Shown here: positions 29,108 through 33,040 of the stretch, one piece after another
How the letters are laid out: the number at the start of each line of letters is the position of its first letter
Numbering within the stretch: position 1 is the stretch's first letter
Assembly: GCA_046861645.1 (NCBI GenBank)
Contig: JBHHUM010000022.1
Span: 1-33,040, forward strand
DNA length: 33,040 nucleotides
Direction: 5' to 3'
Source: Fidelibacterota bacterium
GTDB lineage: Bacteria; Fidelibacterota; Marinisomatia; Marinisomatales; UBA2128
Position numbers and translations under genes: made by a program
Notes under the pieces: model-generated
Databases searched by the model: none
What the model was told of the DNA's origin: nothing
The model's input: the letters and a program-made list of their open reading frames with translations, nothing else

Positions 29108-29169
29108 ATCTCTATTACAGTACCGCAGTCAGGGTTGAAGCCTTCTGACAGAGATATAGTACAAAATTC

Positions 29170-29198
29170 TTGCACTTCTTTTCCAGTAGATGTATCAT
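29170..29198 (+). promoter_or_regulatory. Putative sigma70 promoter of ybhB
   Basis: TTGCAC-17 nt-TATCAT, ending 6 nt before ATG 29205. Confidence 0.55.
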
Positions 29199-29204
29199 TA
29201 AGAC

Positions 29205-29768
29205 ATGGAAGTGAGATACGTATTGTTAAGACTTTTCCTCATTGTTCCACTGCTTGTAAGTGCCACCCAAAAGGAGACTGTCATGAAGAAGTTTACCGTT
29301 ACCAGCACTGCCTTTGTTCACGAATCGTATATTCCCGCCCGTTATTCGTACGAAGGAGAGGACATCTCCCCTGAACTATCCTGGTCTGGCGTCCCGGAAA
29401 AGACACAAAGCTATGTCATTGCCTGTCTTGATCCGGATGCCCCCCCGGGGACTTGGGTCCACTGGGTGCTCTATGATCTTCCCGGAGACACCTTAGGGCT
29501 GGAAGAGAATCTGGCGAAGAACGAGGTGCTGCCGAATGGAGCCAAACAGGGACTTTGCTGGGGAGTAGACTCATTCACACGTGTAGGTTACTATGGTCCC
29601 TGTCCACCAGTCGGTCATGGTGATCACCGTTACTACTTCCACCTGTATGCTCTCGATGTAAAATCGCTGGGGCTAAATCCTCGGGCTACGTGGCCGGAGG
29701 TGGAGCAGGCTATGGATGGTCACATCCTGGGTAAAGGGACCTTGATGGGCAAGTTTCGTCGAGATTAA
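29205..29768 (+). CDS. ybhB: YbhB/YbcL (PEBP/Raf kinase inhibitor-like) protein
   Basis: ISPELSWS, DPDAP.GTWVHW, GYYGPCPP, HRYYFHLYALD. Alternative start ATG 29283. Confidence 0.93.
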   Translation: MEVRYVLLRLFLIVPLLVSATQKETVMKKFTVTSTAFVHESYIPARYSYEGEDISPELSWSGVPEKTQSYVIACLDPDAPPGTWVHWVLYDLPGDTLGLEENLAKNEVLPNGAKQGLCWGVDSFTRVGYYGPCPPVGHGDHRYYFHLYALDVKSLGLNPRATWPEVEQAMDGHILGKGTLMGKFRRD

Positions 29769-29787
29769 GCCCAGATCTGGTGGCAAC

Positions 29788-30633
29788 ATGAGCACTGTTC
29801 GCCACCCGGCAGCAGCCGATTTTTATTCTGGTGACTGTCGTGTGCAGATAGAGCAGTTTCTAAGGGGATTCTACCCACCGGAGTCTCTTCCGGAACAACT
29901 GATAGGAAGCCTCATACCTCACGCTGGTTGGTCTTACTCTGGATCCGTAGCTGCTCGAACGCTTTACACACTCTCCCTGCATAGCCAGCCCGAGACTTGC
30001 ATTATTTTTGGTACAGATCATACCGGTGTCTCCAGGCACGCTCTCTATCCTGGTGGTGAGTGGGTGACACCTTTAGGCTTGGTAGCCGTCAACGAAGAGT
30101 TGGTGGAGCGAATCAGCCGGGGAATGGGTGATCTTGTTCAGGTCAGTGCTTTAGCCCACCGTCAGGAACACGCCATTGAGGTGGCTCTGCCCATGATTCG
30201 CTACTTCTGGCCAGAAGTAGCTATTGTCCCAATTACTGTTCGTCCTGAGGAAAGCGCCCTGGTATTGGGACAGAGGGTGGCAGAGATAGCCGGTCGTGAT
30301 CAAATAGTGTATATAGCTTCAACCGACCTGACTCACTACGGTTGGGTTTACAATTTTTTACCAGAAGGTAGGGGAGAAAAGGGGCTTAACTGGCTGCAGA
30401 GAAACGATCGAAAATTGCTCCAGCTTCTGCTTTCAGTACAATCAGAACTGATACTTGAAGAGACGAAGCGTCATCACAATGCCTGTGGAGTGGGAGCTGT
30501 TATGGCTTTAACATCAGCTTTCGATCTTTTTGGAATCAAATCTGGTACCCTTATTGAGTATAAGACCAGTCACGGTGATGCTCCCGCCGAGCAGTTTGAG
30601 ATGGGTGTGGGGTACGCAGGGGTTGTGTGGTAA
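29788..30633 (+). CDS. amrB: AmmeMemoRadiSam system protein B (MEMO1 family)
   Basis: RHPAAA.FY, PHAGWSYSG, W.TPLG, EHAIEV.LP, ASTDLTHYG, ACG, VGYAG. Confidence 0.9.
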   Translation: MSTVRHPAAADFYSGDCRVQIEQFLRGFYPPESLPEQLIGSLIPHAGWSYSGSVAARTLYTLSLHSQPETCIIFGTDHTGVSRHALYPGGEWVTPLGLVAVNEELVERISRGMGDLVQVSALAHRQEHAIEVALPMIRYFWPEVAIVPITVRPEESALVLGQRVAEIAGRDQIVYIASTDLTHYGWVYNFLPEGRGEKGLNWLQRNDRKLLQLLLSVQSELILEETKRHHNACGVGAVMALTSAFDLFGIKSGTLIEYKTSHGDAPAEQFEMGVGYAGVVW

Positions 30634-30761
30634 TTAGTCCATCTACTCACCAATGGCGGAATACTTTGAACAGACGATTACTAATTGACGAATAGTAGGT
30701 TTAAGACTGTTCTATTCACCTCACTTTACAAGCTACTATTCCACAACTCACTACTCTACCG

Positions 30762-31751
30762 CTAACCAACCAACTGTTCACTAATAATCTGAATTTCCTT
30801 TTTCATTTCTGAAAATCCAGGTGTGGTTACCAACCGCTGGCGAAGTTTCGCTGCCCCTGGGAATCCCTTAATGTACCAGCCAAAGTGCTTGCGCATGAGG
30901 TTGCTACCGATCGTTTCACCTCGGTCTTGAATAAGAAGGTCAAAATGGCGCTGGCACATTCTTATGCGTTCCGAAAAAGAGGGTTGGTCTATATCAAGGT
31001 TTCCTCTCATGAGTGCGATGACCTGCCGGAAAAACCAGGGGTTTCCTAAAGCTGCCCGGCCCACCATGACACCATCACACCTAGTTTCCTCGAACATTCG
31101 CAGGACATCCTCTGGTTTTTTGATATCCCCATTTCCAATTACCGGTATCCCTTTGGTCAGGTGTTTGAGCTTGCGTATCAGTGACCAATCAGCAACTCCA
31201 GAATAGCCCTGTTGTACTGTCCGCGGGTGTAGTGAAATGGCTTGTACTCCTAATGCAACCAGACGAGGTCCAATTTCTGGTATAACCAAGGTTTCCTTGT
31301 TCCATCCCGCTCGCATCTTTACTGTAACAGGTGTATCTCCTGCAGCATCAATAACGGCTGAAGTAATGTCGTCCATCAAAGAGAGATCTTTCAGTGCTGC
31401 GGCGCCAGCACCTCTTTTTGTTATCTTGGGGACTGGGCAACCATAGTTGATGTCGAGGACATCAGGTTTGAAGGCCTGGGTGACGTAGCTGGCCGCCTTA
31501 TACATTACTGTGGGATCACTTCCGAAGATTTGTATGCCAATAGGCCGTTCATTATCACTGAAGCGAATTAAATTGAGCGTTTTTGCATTTTCCCTAATAA
31601 TACCATCAGCAGAGACAAACTCGGAGTAGACCATTCCTGCACCCAGTTCTCGGCAGAGGAGACGAAAAGCATAGTCAGTAACCCCGGCCATAGGAGCCAG
31701 GAAAACCGGTGTTTTAATTTTGAGGGAACCGATTTGCAGAGTACTATTCAA
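30762..31751 (-). CDS. dusB: tRNA dihydrouridine synthase DusB
   Basis: LAPMAGVTD, QIFGSDP, DINYGCP, TVKMRAGW, HPRT..Q.YSG.ADW, NGDI, MVGRAALGNPW. Start probably TTG 31751 rather than 31799. Confidence 0.95.
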   Translation of the reverse strand: MNSTLQIGSLKIKTPVFLAPMAGVTDYAFRLLCRELGAGMVYSEFVSADGIIRENAKTLNLIRFSDNERPIGIQIFGSDPTVMYKAASYVTQAFKPDVLDINYGCPVPKITKRGAGAAALKDLSLMDDITSAVIDAAGDTPVTVKMRAGWNKETLVIPEIGPRLVALGVQAISLHPRTVQQGYSGVADWSLIRKLKHLTKGIPVIGNGDIKKPEDVLRMFEETRCDGVMVGRAALGNPWFFRQVIALMRGNLDIDQPSFSERIRMCQRHFDLLIQDRGETIGSNLMRKHFGWYIKGFPGAAKLRQRLVTTPGFSEMKKEIQIISEQLVG

Positions 31752-32742
31752 TATTCTCAAAATGGAATCTTGTGGAGTAATCACTGCTTGGGATCCCATT
31801 AACTTCCATTACAGGGTAGATAAAGAAGTTCACTGGACCATTAGAGCTGGGAGGAGCCAGTTCGATATCGCGACCCATCGAGAATAGCACACGATCAGGA
31901 TCCAGATTACCAAAGAGATAGTTGACCCGGTCAGGATTTTTGTCGGCTTCGGAGATGTCGAGCGGTATCCACCCTTCCTTGGGAGTGTAGAATTCAGTCC
32001 AGCAATGGTAACCGGAGATTTCACCAGCTTCAGAGGCAGGTACTGGAAAGCCGATTTTGAATCGGGCGGGTATCCCTGCAGTGCGTGCTATAGCGTTGAA
32101 AAATGAGTGGTAGTCAGTGCAATTTCCCTTGCCTATGTCACAGGCCCGAATGGCGTCGCCGTGACCCCACCCTTCCTCCGTTTTGTCGTACACCAGTCGT
32201 TCAAGAGTGTGATTGTAAATAGCCCAACCTTTCTCCTTGGTAAGGGTCTGAGTAAGGAGATCTGAGGCTATCTTTTCAAAGCGCTTATCCCGGGGAACCT
32301 GCTTGACGGGCTGGATGTAGAGTTTTTGTTCATCAGGTGTAAGTTTCGACGGGTAGATACTGGCTTCTTTGCGCCTTAGATTAAAGGTCAATGAAATGGT
32401 AATGTCTTTCTTTTGCGAAAGGAAGGAAAGGTACACCATACGGTTACCGTAAGTAGGATCCGTGCCTATGGTATAATCGTAAGGTGACTGGATATCAAGG
32501 TTGGTTACACTCTGAAACTCATTGTCCTGGGGAACAGGAATCCAGAGTTGTACAACGTCAGCAATCTCTTTTTTAGTGTTCATTGCTGGAATGGTTACTT
32601 CATAGAGAAAGTGAAATTTTCTCTGACTCTTCATGGTTATCATCCGCTGACAGCTGAGTTGGAATATTAGGATGCCAAGCACCAGACTAAGGGACAGTTT
32701 TAAATTATGAGGGCTTTGTTTTAAATATAAACTGATTTGCAT
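31744..32742 (-). CDS. Transglutaminase-like domain protein (probable lipoprotein)
   Basis: GNCTDYH, GIPARF, YHCWTEFY, GWIPLD (Cys-His-Asp triad); hydrophobic stretch ending FQLSC. Start uncertain (32742 or 32796). Confidence 0.85.
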   Translation of the reverse strand: MQISLYLKQSPHNLKLSLSLVLGILIFQLSCQRMITMKSQRKFHFLYEVTIPAMNTKKEIADVVQLWIPVPQDNEFQSVTNLDIQSPYDYTIGTDPTYGNRMVYLSFLSQKKDITISLTFNLRRKEASIYPSKLTPDEQKLYIQPVKQVPRDKRFEKIASDLLTQTLTKEKGWAIYNHTLERLVYDKTEEGWGHGDAIRACDIGKGNCTDYHSFFNAIARTAGIPARFKIGFPVPASEAGEISGYHCWTEFYTPKEGWIPLDISEADKNPDRVNYLFGNLDPDRVLFSMGRDIELAPPSSNGPVNFFIYPVMEVNGIPSSDYSTRFHFENIE

Positions 32743-32841
32743 GGAGTTCGTGTTTATCGTGTTCAGTGCCTTTACAGACATACAATCTCCCGACATGAAT
32801 TATGGGATTGTAAGCCTATGGGATTTCTATTCATATTGATA

Positions 32842-33024
32842 GACTCCGTTAGGAGTCAAATGTCTACAACCTCCCTGTCTGCCGACAGGCAGGCAATCAT
32901 AATTGATCGCCAATGCCACCTGCCCTGCTTGCCCGGTAATGAGGAACGCCAGCCCCGTAGGGAACGGAGTGACTGTATCGGGAAAGTATCAGGGTAAGGA
33001 GCTGGTGACTGTACGGGACAGGTG
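32842..33024. repeat. Cluster of short REP-like palindromes and a direct repeat
   Basis: GACTCC-gtta-GGAGTC (32842-32857); CCTGTCTG-ccga-CAGGCAGG (32874-32893); GTGACTGTA(T)CGGGA twice (32969, 33005); CACCTG 32917 / CAGGTG 33019. Confidence 0.45.
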
Positions 33025-33040
33025 TTGAATGTTTTTATTA

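Noticed and set aside
28798..29496. Short ORFs 28798..28986, 28912..29175, 29069..29374 and 29314..29496
   Set aside because: No recognisable motifs or RBS; they overlap real genes or the structured intergenic region.
30634..30761. Weak hairpins and TATTCCACA in the convergent amrB-dusB gap
   Set aside because: Short imperfect stems and a lone 2-mismatch DnaA-like box are expected by chance.
87..32997. Remaining antisense or nested ORFs of the track (e.g. 4392..4946, 13254..13736, 21316..21753, 27947..28504)
   Set aside because: Shadow frames of well-supported genes, with no family motifs.
1..33040. Genome-wide TGA reassignment (genetic code 4 or 25)
   Set aside because: gyrA, yggS, dnaN, yidC and dnaA end in TGA at normal lengths, several with start/stop overlaps, and long genes contain no internal TGA.
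32941..33040. RNase P RNA start (GAGGAAcgcc)
   Set aside because: Lacks the conserved GAGGAAAGTCC and other rnpB landmarks.
1..33040. CRISPR array, tRNA, rRNA, transposase or integrase
   Set aside because: No regularly spaced repeats, cloverleaf or T-loop signatures, or mobile-element ORFs were seen by eye.

Overview
Bacterial replication-origin region, probably from an FCB-group lineage such as Ca. Marinimicrobia (inferred from gene content and protein style, not verified). Left arm: partial Hsp20, then on the minus strand an acyl-CoA ligase, a degenerate PNP-like protein, yggS, gyrA, gyrB, dciA and dnaN. An AT-rich oriC-like gap follows (9736-10019), then surA, a ppiC-like gene, mnmG, a perfect parS site, mnmE, yidC, yidD and rpmH. 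The canonical origin cluster is rearranged: dnaA lies about 8 kb from dnaN and points away from it, is followed by lexA, and recF and rnpA are missing from their usual positions. Best hidden signal: a BCP/PrxQ peroxiredoxin (19771-20223) missed by the ORF track, whose peroxidatic Cys codon is an in-frame TGA followed by a SECIS-like hairpin, i.e. a probable selenoprotein. The right arm carries an isochorismatase, a metzincin plus M16 peptidase pair, DHFR, an esterase, a YwaF-like membrane protein with a probable CTG start, an SRPBCC-like repeat protein interrupted by an in-frame TGA, a candidate ~180-nt structured RNA, ybhB with two possible starts, a MEMO1-family gene, dusB and a transglutaminase-like protein. 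No CRISPR array, tRNA, rRNA or transposase was seen.
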